IMG/VR virus record: IMGVR_UViG_2917045514_000007
Span: 1-64,000 of that record
Direction: 5' to 3' (one strand)
Length of the DNA stretch: 64,000 bases
Source of the DNA: an uncultured virus (IMG/VR IMGVR_UViG_2917045514_000007)
Taxonomy: Duplodnaviria; Heunggongvirae; Uroviricota; Caudoviricetes
Shown here: positions 28,684 to 37,930 of the stretch, piece by piece
Layout of the letters: every line of letters starts with the position of its first letter
Position numbering within the stretch: position 1 is the first letter of the stretch
Made by a program: the position numbers and the translations under genes
Notes under the pieces: model-generated
Seen by the model: the letters and a program-made list of their open reading frames with translations, nothing else
Told to the model about the DNA's origin: nothing
Database searches by the model: none

Positions 28684-29541
28684 CTACTCCAGCACGATGC
28701 GATCGGCGATCACAGCATTGATCAGCGGCGAGTTCTCATCGTCCAGGCCGACTACGTACATGGTGGTACCCACCTTCGCGATGACCGGAATTTCGAACAG
28801 GCCTGATGAGTCGCTGCGTCCTCTACCGATCACCGACCCTGTTTCGCGCTCGTGAACATGGACGATGCGGGTAGCAGGCTGGCCAGCCTGGTCCACGACG
28901 GTGCCCGAGACGGTTCCACCGTAGATGGAACATGTCACCAGTGTGACACCACCCTGAACGATCGTAGTCAGGTCGGTGGAAGACACCACAGTGGTGCCGT
29001 TGAGGACCACCAGCTTGATGGGGAGTCCAGCAGTTTGGGCGGTGTTCTTGATGGCCACATCGATTTGCCTGCCCGGAACGACACGCGCCACGAATTGGAC
29101 GTTTTCACTGGATCGGTTATGCGTGCCGCGAAATAGCGCCAGGTCGGCGTTGTAGTTGCCCGAAAAGCTGGTAATACCTGAGTCGACACCAGTCGGGTGG
29201 AAGATAATCGCCAGGCGCAGCCCGCAGTTGATCGAGTAGTACCGGCTAACTCCTGCGATCGCCTGTGAGTAGTGCGTACTGGCCGAGGTGAACTGGTAGG
29301 GGACAATCTCCACACCGCACTCGGTAGAAACAACCAACCTATCGGCGCCGCCGGTCCACAACGGCGGGATTGGTAGCAGCGTCGCACTATCATCGGTGCT
29401 CGGCCAGCTAGGGTTATAGGCCGTCGTTGAGCCTTCGAAGTCGGTCACCCAGGCGGTGTAGATGTCGTCGAGCGATGCCGCACTGGTGACGAATGATGGA
29501 GAGACGAATTTTTCTCCGTCCAGGTCGATGGTGTCGGCCAT
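28684..29541 (-). CDS. putative receptor-binding/tail fibre protein with C-terminal Ig/carboxypeptidase-regulatory-like domain
   Basis: C-terminal GTVSGTVVDQAGQPA...SDSSGLFEI pattern; atypical codon usage in the N-terminal part. Confidence 0.55.
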   Translation of the reverse strand: MADTIDLDGEKFVSPSFVTSAASLDDIYTAWVTDFEGSTTAYNPSWPSTDDSATLLPIPPLWTGGADRLVVSTECGVEIVPYQFTSASTHYSQAIAGVSRYYSINCGLRLAIIFHPTGVDSGITSFSGNYNADLALFRGTHNRSSENVQFVARVVPGRQIDVAIKNTAQTAGLPIKLVVLNGTTVVSSTDLTTIVQGGVTLVTCSIYGGTVSGTVVDQAGQPATRIVHVHERETGSVIGRGRSDSSGLFEIPVIAKVGTTMYVVGLDDENSPLINAVIADRIVLE

Positions 29542-29876
29542 TAATTCGCTCTCTCAACCGGTTGACCGAGGAACGTTTCGTTGGGCCAGTAGCCTTTCGC
29601 CTGGTGCCACTGGGCATAGCGCTCCAGCAGCACCTTGTCTCCGACCTGGGCGCCGTAGCGCACACCGTAGTCGATAGCCCACTGCTGCTGGCAGCGGCCG
29701 GGCGGACATGGAGCTTGCTCGTGAACGAACATCTGGAAGGGCGGGAGCGCGCCGACGGCCTGCCAGTTGACATGTAGGTCTTGAGTCGGCGTCAGTTCGA
29801 TCGGTTTGGGCTCGATACCTTGCGCGCCGATGCCCTGCGTCGGTGGCTTCACGGCCTGCTCAGTTGTGCCAGTCAT
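29541..29876 (-). CDS. hypothetical protein (111 aa)
   Basis: AGGAGG RBS; coupled to its neighbours. Confidence 0.7.
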   Translation of the reverse strand: MTGTTEQAVKPPTQGIGAQGIEPKPIELTPTQDLHVNWQAVGALPPFQMFVHEQAPCPPGRCQQQWAIDYGVRYGAQVGDKVLLERYAQWHQAKGYWPNETFLGQPVERAN

Positions 29877-30255
29877 CGCTGTCCTCCTTAGCTACCCGGC
29901 GCGGCTTATTGCGGCGCCCGACGCTGGTGTACCGGCCTTGCGTCCCCTCCTGGCACATGGCGAAGGCGGCGCGAACGGCTTCCACGGCGGTGATAGGCTG
30001 ACGCATGGCCTCGGCGGCGAGCGCTAGGTTGTCCTGGATGTCCTTGTCCGTCACCACACCGCGGCCGAGCTGGTCGAACAGGCTGGCGTACATACGCTGC
30101 CAGGTCTGGACCTGGTTCTGGAGCTGGCGCCCCTGCTCCACCCACATCTCCCGTTCGATCAGCAGGCCCTGCTCACGAGCCTTAGAGCGAGCAAGTTCGA
30201 TGCGGAGCTGTTCAATCTCAAGCGTGGTGGTGTCGGTATTCTTGCGTTTGAGCAT
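29860..30255 (-). CDS. hypothetical coiled-coil protein
   Basis: Start MLKRKNTD with an AGGAG RBS. Confidence 0.65.
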   Translation of the reverse strand: MLKRKNTDTTTLEIEQLRIELARSKAREQGLLIEREMWVEQGRQLQNQVQTWQRMYASLFDQLGRGVVTDKDIQDNLALAAEAMRQPITAVEAVRAAFAMCQEGTQGRYTSVGRRNKPRRVAKEDSDDWHN

Positions 30256-30280
30256 CTTCTGCACTCCTGCGCGTGGTTGA

Positions 30281-30688
30281 TCAGACTTTGAAAATCTTGT
30301 TCGTGCCGTTGTCCCAGGTGACGATGATGTCGCCGCCGTTGGGGGTGATCGGCAAGCCGGTAGCTGTGTCGATGAATGCAATCAGCGGGCTGGTGGACTC
30401 GGTACCGGTGTCCTTGTAGATGATGATTGCCTCGATGCTCGCGCCGGACACACTGGTGAACGTCACATCCGCACCGTCAGCAGCGCCGCCGGTGGTGGTC
30501 TTCGCGGTGAGAGTGACCGGGCCAGCGATCCGGGACGACGACGGGATATCCGATAGGTACTGGTGGATCGCAGTCTGCGGCGTGTATGCGCCGGTATCGA
30601 CCAGGATCACCTTGATCGTGTCGGTCATCCAGTTGAACTGGCCCTCCAGGAAGCGCTGGCGGGCATAGTCATAGAGGGTATTTGCCAT
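30281..30688 (-). CDS. virion structural protein (135 aa, MANTLYD...)
   Basis: C-terminal GLPITPNGGDIIVTWDNG motif recalled from phage virion proteins. Confidence 0.75.
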   Translation of the reverse strand: MANTLYDYARQRFLEGQFNWMTDTIKVILVDTGAYTPQTAIHQYLSDIPSSSRIAGPVTLTAKTTTGGAADGADVTFTSVSGASIEAIIIYKDTGTESTSPLIAFIDTATGLPITPNGGDIIVTWDNGTNKIFKV

Positions 30689-30875
30689 CAGGGGTGTGCT
30701 CCAGGTCTTGGAGCGCACTCCTGCGCGCTGCTGCGGGGTTTTGAATAACGGTGCCTTCGTCGGCCGAAATCTGCAGGCGCGCCACCTGCCCGGACTTCTT
30801 TTCCAGGCGGATGGCAGTGCCATCGATCAGCAGTACCTCTCCGACCTTCAGGTCCACGCTCATCTTCTTGCTCAT
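30669..30875 (-). CDS. small protein with CsrA-like beta pattern (68 aa)
   Basis: MSVDLKVGEVLLIDGTAIRLEKKSGQVARLQISA aligns by eye with CsrA [36 protein letters not shown]. Confidence 0.5.
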   Translation of the reverse strand: MSKKMSVDLKVGEVLLIDGTAIRLEKKSGQVARLQISADEGTVIQNPAAARRSALQDLEHTPDGKYPL

Positions 30876-31549
30876 GGCCAGAATGCCTCTACATGGTGAG
30901 GAACGTCCTCGCGGGTGATGCGCCGCAGATCGGAGTCGGGCCGCTTGCCGAAGTAGCCCGTGAATGCGTCCTCGGCCAGTGCGGCGCGGCTCGGGTCGAA
31001 CGACTCCATGTCGGGGATGCTGAATCCGCGATGCAGCGCCCACTGGACCAGGTGCCGGTGGTGCTCGGGGTGTATCTCCGGCTGCACGGTGTCCTTGTCG
31101 GCCAGCGTCATGTCCGCCAGGGGCGTGCGGTAGCCTTCAAGGCGCAAGATGCCGGCGCGGTCAGGGGTCGGCGCCAGGCGCAACGTGGTGTCGTGCTGGA
31201 TCGCGTACAGCGGCTTGCCGGTGCAGCCGCGCCAGCCGGGCCTCTCCACATCCAGCACCTCGGCCGACTTCAGCACCGGCATGGTCGGGCGAGACATATC
31301 GGCCGGGTAGAAACCCAGGTGCGACAGTTCGTATAGCGACGCATGCAACTGGTAGATGGCAGTTCCGGCGACCACCTCGATGCGGCACACGGCGTCGGCC
31401 TGGCTCTCGTGGATCAGCCTGCCGCGCACGGCGGCTTCGCGTACTGCGTCGTTGAGCCAGTCGGCCACGTCCTGGTCCGACCAGAAATACGGCTCCACCA
31501 TGTCGTTCGCGTCCGTGCGAACTCGGCGGATCAGGTCCGCCAGCGTCAT
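30872..31549 (-). CDS. head-tail adaptor protein
   Basis: MTLADLIRRVR...WSD...WLNDA and EIHPEHH motifs; position after the capsid genes. Confidence 0.7.
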   Translation of the reverse strand: MTLADLIRRVRTDANDMVEPYFWSDQDVADWLNDAVREAAVRGRLIHESQADAVCRIEVVAGTAIYQLHASLYELSHLGFYPADMSRPTMPVLKSAEVLDVERPGWRGCTGKPLYAIQHDTTLRLAPTPDRAGILRLEGYRTPLADMTLADKDTVQPEIHPEHHRHLVQWALHRGFSIPDMESFDPSRAALAEDAFTGYFGKRPDSDLRRITREDVPHHVEAFWP

Positions 31550-32418
31550 ACCGCGCCACCGAACTGGTCGATGCGCGCGTGGACGGCATCACGGGAGCGC
31601 GCCAAGCCGTGCTGCTTGACCAGGTTCAGTCCGTAGCGGTCCTTGGCGAATGCCGCCAGGCTGGTGAAGTCGGCGAAGTTGTCCACCTCCCGGTGCAGGG
31701 CCGATAGGTCTTCCTCCTTGCGAGCGCGCTCCTGCTGGGCCTGCTGAGCCTGCGCGATCACCTGCTTGGTGTCGTCGCCGGCCGGCGCGGGGCCGGTGGA
31801 GCGCTCGAACAGGTCGCGATGGTTGAGGAATCGACGCGCCAGGTCGCCGGGCACGCTACGCACCTGCCCTTGGGTGAACATCAGCCCGGAGCCATACAGG
31901 CGGTCGGTGAAGCTTTCCCGCGGGCCGATGTACTTGATGGGCACGCCGTTATCCAGCATGGGCACGCCGTCGCTCGCCATCTGCGCCACCAGGGCCGCAT
32001 TCTTGCCTAGCACCTCGTTGAGTTGGTCTTGCAACTCAGCCACGCGCGCGTCGGCGTCCTGGCTCCCAGCGTCCGGGATGTCCTTGAGTGCATGAACCAC
32101 GGCGCGGAACAGATAGTCCTTGACCTTCTGCGACTCGGGCAACTCGGCGTAGGGAACGCAGCACGGGTGCGTCTTCGCCTCGAAGTCCTTGACATCGCCA
32201 TGGACCCAGCCGTTGGCCAGCTTGTCCGCCAGCCAGGACTCATGGGACTGCTCGGGGGTGGTGTCTGGGTTGTCCAGGTGGAGTTGCACGCCGGCCAGGA
32301 TGCCGCGCTGCATGTCTTCCGGGCACTCGGCGAACGGTGGCGCCACCTTGTCGCCGATGGCGAGGCAGTAGGCGGAATTGATCGCGTGGGCGATGGTGGC
32401 GATGATGATGGGTTTCAT
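31546..32418 (-). CDS. RyR-domain protein
   Basis: HESWLADKLANGWVHGDVKDFEAKTHPCCVPYAELPESQKVKD matches the RyR repeat signature. Confidence 0.75.
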   Translation of the reverse strand: MKPIIIATIAHAINSAYCLAIGDKVAPPFAECPEDMQRGILAGVQLHLDNPDTTPEQSHESWLADKLANGWVHGDVKDFEAKTHPCCVPYAELPESQKVKDYLFRAVVHALKDIPDAGSQDADARVAELQDQLNEVLGKNAALVAQMASDGVPMLDNGVPIKYIGPRESFTDRLYGSGLMFTQGQVRSVPGDLARRFLNHRDLFERSTGPAPAGDDTKQVIAQAQQAQQERARKEEDLSALHREVDNFADFTSLAAFAKDRYGLNLVKQHGLARSRDAVHARIDQFGGAV

Positions 32419-32482
32419 GAATGTCCTACTCCTGCGTGACAGAAGGGCCAGCACGGGCCGGCCCTTCGTAGGGCGGCGGCGC

Positions 32483-32962
32483 TTAGACTGCGCCGAGGCG
32501 CTCGCCGTGGACGATCACCTGGAGCTTGCCCGCCTCCGCGACGGCAGCGCCTTTGATGGTGATAACCAGGTTGGCGTCCTTGGGCAGCGCGAACAGCGCC
32601 TTGCTGGAACTGGTGCGCAGGCGCGCAGCGGCCGACAGCAGCAGGCCAGCGCCGAAATACGCGGCGTCCTGCGGATAGGTCGCGTCGTCCACGCCGTCGG
32701 CGTAGGCAAAGCCCACGTCAGCGGTCACGCCGGCACCGAAGTGGTCGGAAATCACCAGTTGCAGGTCTTCGGCGACGAAGCCGGCGGGCAACGGGAACTC
32801 GAACGCCACGACATCGCCAACCGCCAGCGCGGCGGCGGCATTGCTGTTGAGCAGAACGCCGGCCGCGTTGGTCGCGAGCTGATAACGCAGGGTGGTCAGG
32901 TTGCCATACGGCGTGAAACCGCCGAACTGGCCGCCGAGCGGGATGGTCTTGTACTGGGCCAT
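32483..32962 (-). CDS. putative capsid decoration/cement protein
   Basis: 159-aa beta-rich ORF directly after the major capsid gene; strong AAGGAGG RBS. Confidence 0.6.
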   Translation of the reverse strand: MAQYKTIPLGGQFGGFTPYGNLTTLRYQLATNAAGVLLNSNAAAALAVGDVVAFEFPLPAGFVAEDLQLVISDHFGAGVTADVGFAYADGVDDATYPQDAAYFGAGLLLSAAARLRTSSSKALFALPKDANLVITIKGAAVAEAGKLQVIVHGERLGAV

Positions 32963-33020
32963 AATGGGCCTCCTTTCAATCTGGACGAAGGAAAGGGCCG
33001 GGATCACCGACCCTTGTCGC

Positions 33021-34313
33021 TTACTTGCGGGGGCCGATGATCTTGACGGCGGTGTCGATCGCCATCACGCCGTGGTCGGTGTACTCCAAGCCATTGGTCG
33101 CCTCGACGGCGAAACGAATCTTGGAGCAGCCGAGGATCGCGCCGATCAGCAGTTCCAGCTTGTCGCCGTGGTCCATGTCCTTCTCGGACCAGAAGAACGG
33201 CATGCCGGAGTGCTCGGATGCCGCCCAGGCTTGCGCCAGAGCCTGGCCGCCCAGCAGCAGGGCGCGGTCCACCGCGTACTGATTGCCGAAGCTATCCGGC
33301 ACCACGGCGCTCGACTCGGCTTCCGAGTTGTACGCGGCGCAGTACTTGATGGTGTCGCCCGCGTAGAAGCGGATCGGCTTCGGCATCTTGATGATGAGGG
33401 TGTTGGACCACAGGCCCGCATCGACGCGGAAGATCGGGTGCTGCTTGGCGTTCGACGCGCGCGCCAGTGCAGCAGCCTGCCAACTACGGAACTTCTCCTG
33501 CTTGGCGAAGCTGTTGTACTGGGCCGGCGAGCACAGCAGGACGCGGATCGGCGAATCCTCAGCAGCCTCGTCGCCCTCGAACTTCACGGGCGGCGGCGGC
33601 AGCTCGATCTGGTCCATGTAGGTGGCGATGGAGTCGACCACATCCACGTCCAGCACGTCGGCGGTGGTGATGTTGTACTCCCCCGCATTCGGCGCAACGC
33701 CAGTGATGGCATCGGCGCTGGCCACGAAGTGACGGTTCTTGGTCGGCGCCTTGACGCGGTTGACCAGCATGTCAGCCAGCTTCGGATGCGTCTCCAGCGG
33801 GAGGCACCACTCCTTGTTGTAGTGGTTACCACGGGCGCCGGCCAGGTGAACCAGCATGGACTGGTCCAGGTAGGCGTCCATGAACCACTTCGCCTTCGGA
33901 CGGCCGAGGCGGCGCAGGTCGTAGGGGTTGCGAATCTGCGACATCACATCGCCCAGGTCCACCGGGAAGCGGGCTTGGTTGACGCGCAGTTGGTCGCTGC
34001 CAATCTTCAGGCCAGTGCCCTTGCCCTCGGCGTACTCGCTACCCATGATCGGGAAGGCGTTCGCCGGCTGCACGAAGTGGAAACGCACCTCGTCGCCCTT
34101 GTTGCGGCCCAGGTCCTGGGCCTGGACGATGGGAAGTTCCAGGCTCGACTGGCCCTTGGTCTTCTTCTCGGCGTCGCTGGTGCCGCTCGGCATCTTGCCG
34201 GTCAGGCGGTTCAGGGTCGAGTTGCGGCCCTGGCAGAGCGCGAACAAGCCGGCGGCCTGTTGGATCATCGCGTTCGGATCACCGTAACGCATGGTGGTTT
34301 TGCTTGCGGTCAT
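33021..34313 (-). CDS. major capsid protein (N4-gp56/DUF4043 type)
   Basis: DLGRNKGDEVRF, RALLLGGQAL and DHGVMAID motifs; follows portal and scaffold. Confidence 0.9.
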   Translation of the reverse strand: MTASKTTMRYGDPNAMIQQAAGLFALCQGRNSTLNRLTGKMPSGTSDAEKKTKGQSSLELPIVQAQDLGRNKGDEVRFHFVQPANAFPIMGSEYAEGKGTGLKIGSDQLRVNQARFPVDLGDVMSQIRNPYDLRRLGRPKAKWFMDAYLDQSMLVHLAGARGNHYNKEWCLPLETHPKLADMLVNRVKAPTKNRHFVASADAITGVAPNAGEYNITTADVLDVDVVDSIATYMDQIELPPPPVKFEGDEAAEDSPIRVLLCSPAQYNSFAKQEKFRSWQAAALARASNAKQHPIFRVDAGLWSNTLIIKMPKPIRFYAGDTIKYCAAYNSEAESSAVVPDSFGNQYAVDRALLLGGQALAQAWAASEHSGMPFFWSEKDMDHGDKLELLIGAILGCSKIRFAVEATNGLEYTDHGVMAIDTAVKIIGPRK

Positions 34314-34325
34314 GGGGTAGCTCCC

Positions 34326-35417
34326 TTACATGTTCCGGTTCAGGAATGCCTCGACCTGATCGGGGCTCATGCCGCGCAGGGCGTCCGACATGGATGCCGG
34401 ATCCATTGCGGCGATGGCCTCGAATCGGTTGCCAGCCGGAGGCTTGCCGCCCGGGATATCCGAGAGACTGGCCGGCGGTTCGGTCTTGGCTTTGTTGATG
34501 GCAGCCTGGGCCGCAGCCTTCGCGTCTTGCGCGTTCGGCTGCTGCTGCGACTGCTGAGCGTTTCCGGTGGCGGACTTGAACGAACCGAACAGTTCGATGA
34601 CATCGGCCGCGGTGCCGTCTTCCAGCACCTTGGCGATGCTCGCGCGCTCATAGGACGGACGGGACGCCACCCAGTCCCCGAACTCCTTGCTCTCCGCAAT
34701 GGAGTCGGCGTCCGGGTGGGCCTCGTAGATCGCATTCAGGTGGGCGCTCGCGGCGCTCTCGGCTTCCTTCTTCTGGATCGGTGCCAGCTTCTGGTCCACG
34801 AGTGCGCTCACGCGCGCTTCCACTTTCGCGTCGATCAGCTTCTGGATGCCTGCGGCCAGCGCTTCCTCGCTGAAGTCTCCGAAGATCGCCGGGTCAACCC
34901 CCTGATCCATGGCAGCCTGAGCCGCCGCCAGTTGGTTGTCCTGCGACGTCGGGGCCTCGCCTGCCGTGGCGCGCGCTGCTGCCTCATCCCGCAGGCGTTG
35001 TAGCTCTGCCTGCGCGGCCTGGGCCTGGGCTTTCCAGTGCTGTTCTCCCTGTCTCGCTTCCACCAGCTTCTCGTAGCCGATGGTGTGCTTGCCGTCCTTG
35101 GCCAGGATCACGGCGTTCTCGGCGTTTAGCTCTTTGGCGTCGGGCGTCTTGCCCTGTTGGTCGCCACCAGCCGAAGCGCCGGCGTCACCCGCACCCTGCT
35201 GCGCGTCGGTGTTCTGTTCGGTGTTGTCTGCCTGATCGGCGGCATCGGCGCTGGCCTCGCCAGCATCGCCGGCACCCGCGTCGGCTGCGACGTTGGGCTC
35301 GTCGCTGTCCAGCATGAAATTGCTGGTATCGCCCATTGCCAGTTCAATCATCCTGGCAGCCTGTTCAGGTGTCGGCCGTCCACCGTCTATCTCTTGGAAA
35401 AGCTCGTCTTTTTTCAT
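34326..35417 (-). CDS. scaffolding protein
   Basis: Acidic, Ala-rich coiled coil between portal and capsid. Confidence 0.75.
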   Translation of the reverse strand: MKKDELFQEIDGGRPTPEQAARMIELAMGDTSNFMLDSDEPNVAADAGAGDAGEASADAADQADNTEQNTDAQQGAGDAGASAGGDQQGKTPDAKELNAENAVILAKDGKHTIGYEKLVEARQGEQHWKAQAQAAQAELQRLRDEAAARATAGEAPTSQDNQLAAAQAAMDQGVDPAIFGDFSEEALAAGIQKLIDAKVEARVSALVDQKLAPIQKKEAESAASAHLNAIYEAHPDADSIAESKEFGDWVASRPSYERASIAKVLEDGTAADVIELFGSFKSATGNAQQSQQQPNAQDAKAAAQAAINKAKTEPPASLSDIPGGKPPAGNRFEAIAAMDPASMSDALRGMSPDQVEAFLNRNM

Positions 35418-35515
35418 GCCTATCCCGCCACATATCGCCGTGGCCGCAAGGGTCATCAGCAATGCGGATTACTCCGCGTCTCGCCGGCGTTCGGAGACGC
35501 CTTGGCTTGGGCGGC

Positions 35516-35558
35516 AGTGTCGGAGACAGGTGCAGGAAGAACGAAACCCTACAGGGGG
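35516..35558 (-). promoter_or_regulatory. putative late promoter (scaffold/capsid)
   Basis: CCCCCTGTAGGG (35547-35558), then 25 nt, then GACACT; overlaps the inverted repeat GAAACCCTAC/GTAGGGTTTC. Confidence 0.6.
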
Positions 35559-35602
35559 TGGCCCGGTAGGGTTTCAGGTTGGCGAGTTGTAGCGGAGGTG
35601 TG

Positions 35603-37921
35603 TCAGGGCTGCGGCAGGTTGTCAGCCGTACTCGGCGTCTCTATTCCGCGCTGGCCGGTCGGGGCTTCGGCGGGCACCGGCGGATATGTCGGGCTGGTGT
35701 TCCTGCGTACCGGAGCCTCCTCGGCCTCAGCTTCTGCTGCTGCCGGCCCCTGCCCTTGGATGTAGGGCGACTTGATGTTCATTGCCGCCGTCTGGTCGGC
35801 TACGGGGTAATTCGGGTCGTCACCAGCAGGGTTCGGGCGCTGGTATCCAGCGCTCTGCATCACGGCGTCGGCGATCGGCGCGATCATCGGCATCTGCGCA
35901 ATCTGGGCGCCGGCCTGCATGGCACTGAATGCGGCCTGCACCCCGATCTGCACTGCCTTGGCGTTCAGCCCACTGATTTCGCTATCCGCCTTGCGCTCCT
36001 TGATCTCCAGTTCGCGCAGCTTGATGTCGTTTCCGGCCTTGGCCAGGGCGTCCTGCACGGCCTGGTCGATCTGCTGCTGGATCTGCTCCGGGGTCTGCTG
36101 TTGATCAACGGCTCGGATGGCCTCCACCACGTCGCGCTTGAACGGCACGTCCATGAGGCTGACCAGGAACGGCAGGACAGCGGCCTGGTACTGCGGCGGC
36201 ATGCTCTTGACGGCCTCGGACATCGCATTGAGCTGCTGGCCGCGGTAGCTGTTGGTGCTGGGAACGTCCTCGAGGGCGACCTTGATCCGAGTGCGCAGCA
36301 GATCATTGGACAGGTAGGCGGCGCCGGTCTGCGGATCGCGCTGCGGCTCGTTGAGCACCACGACACGATCGGCGGTCACGGCATCGCCTTCGATAACAAC
36401 CTCAGTGCGCTCCTGGCCGATGTCCTCGACGATCATTGCCAGCAGCAGTTCGCCCACCAGGGTCCGGCCGGCGCGGAAGTTGTCCATGATCCGGCCAATT
36501 GACTGGTTGCTCTGCTCGATCTGCTGCTGTTCCTGGATGCCGCTAGTGGCCGTGCCTTTGCGCCCTTGGAAACCGGCCGTGATGTTGCTTACGCGCTCGA
36601 TGGTGGCGCGGTTGTCCTGGAGCATCTGGAAATGCTGGTCGGTCAGGGTGTAGTCGCGCTTTACCTCGAAGCGAGCGCCCCTGTTGCTTGCGAAGTGCTC
36701 AGCGTTCAGCACGATGTCGGCATCCGGACGTGCGATCTGCCGGCGTAGTTGGGCGTCGGTCATGTCCACCGCGCCCTTGGTACGCTCCACTCGAGTGACG
36801 CTCATGCCCCAGCGGAGCTTGGACATACCGCTATTCAGGCTGTCCTGGGCGTACTTCATGCCGCGCACGTACCCGTATGGAATTCCGGTGGCATCCTCGC
36901 GGAAACCGAAGAACGGGACGTAGGGGAAGTGGCGATGTGTGTATGGGCTTGGCCCATCGTGCAGGCAGTGCGGCCCGAGCCAGTAGGAGCGGCGCACGCG
37001 GGATACCGTCACCTTCTTCGGTGAAATGCGGCCGGACGCCAGCGCGATGTTGTGCGCCAGGTTGTTCGGGTCGTACTCGACGACTCGGCCATCGGGCGAT
37101 TTCAGGACGTGGACCTGCACCCAGCGGCGATACCAGAGTTCCACCAGGCAGATTTCCTTGCTGCTTGGGTTGTACCAGCGGTCCTCCTGCACGGTCCAGG
37201 CCCGCGCCTCGTTCCATGCGTTGTGTAGACCGGTGGATGTGCCGCCTTCCATCATTCCGAGATCGGGCTGGCCCCACCAGGTGCTGCCGTACTTACCTAC
37301 CATGCGGATCAGCTCGGCATGCTCCGGGAACACCAGGGCAATGCGATCAGGTGACAGCCAGCGCTGCCGGCGCAGGAAGCGGCAGGCCTCCCAGTCGTCG
37401 CCGCACTTCATGTCCCAGTGAATTTCGTCGCGGCGGATAGGCCGGCAGCGGTACGGGAACTTGAACGGGTCCGACTCGCGGCTGACTTCTACCCAGCCGA
37501 TACCGCACGCGATCTGCGGCCGGAACGCTTCGGAGCATGCGCGGTCGGCACCAGACTGGCGCTCTGCCGTGTTCAGCCGGTAGTTCAGGGCGTCGGCCAC
37601 GTCCTGGCCACCCACGTCACCGTTCGGCGTCACGCGCCAGTCTGTGCGAGTGACGGCCTCGTAGCCTTGCAGGGACAGCAGGGCCGGGCCAATCAGGTCT
37701 TCTACCGCGGGCGGGATGCCCAGTGCCTGCTGGCGACGCAGCAGGTCGGTGTCGAGCTGGTTCCCGTCCGCGTAATCCATTTCCTTGTCGGCGACGGCGC
37801 GCCACGCGGGCTGGTCCTCGATTTCGTAGTTGATGTCGGCGTACTCGTCCACGGTCAGCGGCGTGTCGCCGGCCGGTGGCAGGCCATTCATGTACTGGCG
37901 GTCATTCTCAGTGATCTGCAT
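35603..37921 (-). CDS. portal protein (P22-like)
   Basis: 772 aa directly after the terminase; DYADGNQ, FPYVPF, SGIQEQQQ motifs; C-terminal barrel-like coiled coil. Confidence 0.9.
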   Translation of the reverse strand: MQITENDRQYMNGLPPAGDTPLTVDEYADINYEIEDQPAWRAVADKEMDYADGNQLDTDLLRRQQALGIPPAVEDLIGPALLSLQGYEAVTRTDWRVTPNGDVGGQDVADALNYRLNTAERQSGADRACSEAFRPQIACGIGWVEVSRESDPFKFPYRCRPIRRDEIHWDMKCGDDWEACRFLRRQRWLSPDRIALVFPEHAELIRMVGKYGSTWWGQPDLGMMEGGTSTGLHNAWNEARAWTVQEDRWYNPSSKEICLVELWYRRWVQVHVLKSPDGRVVEYDPNNLAHNIALASGRISPKKVTVSRVRRSYWLGPHCLHDGPSPYTHRHFPYVPFFGFREDATGIPYGYVRGMKYAQDSLNSGMSKLRWGMSVTRVERTKGAVDMTDAQLRRQIARPDADIVLNAEHFASNRGARFEVKRDYTLTDQHFQMLQDNRATIERVSNITAGFQGRKGTATSGIQEQQQIEQSNQSIGRIMDNFRAGRTLVGELLLAMIVEDIGQERTEVVIEGDAVTADRVVVLNEPQRDPQTGAAYLSNDLLRTRIKVALEDVPSTNSYRGQQLNAMSEAVKSMPPQYQAAVLPFLVSLMDVPFKRDVVEAIRAVDQQQTPEQIQQQIDQAVQDALAKAGNDIKLRELEIKERKADSEISGLNAKAVQIGVQAAFSAMQAGAQIAQMPMIAPIADAVMQSAGYQRPNPAGDDPNYPVADQTAAMNIKSPYIQGQGPAAAEAEAEEAPVRRNTSPTYPPVPAEAPTGQRGIETPSTADNLPQP

Positions 37922-37930
37922 GTCGTGTCC

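Noticed and set aside
25718..29541. Diversity-generating retroelement or invertible tail-fibre switch
   Set aside because: No reverse transcriptase, template/variable repeat pair or invertase was found.
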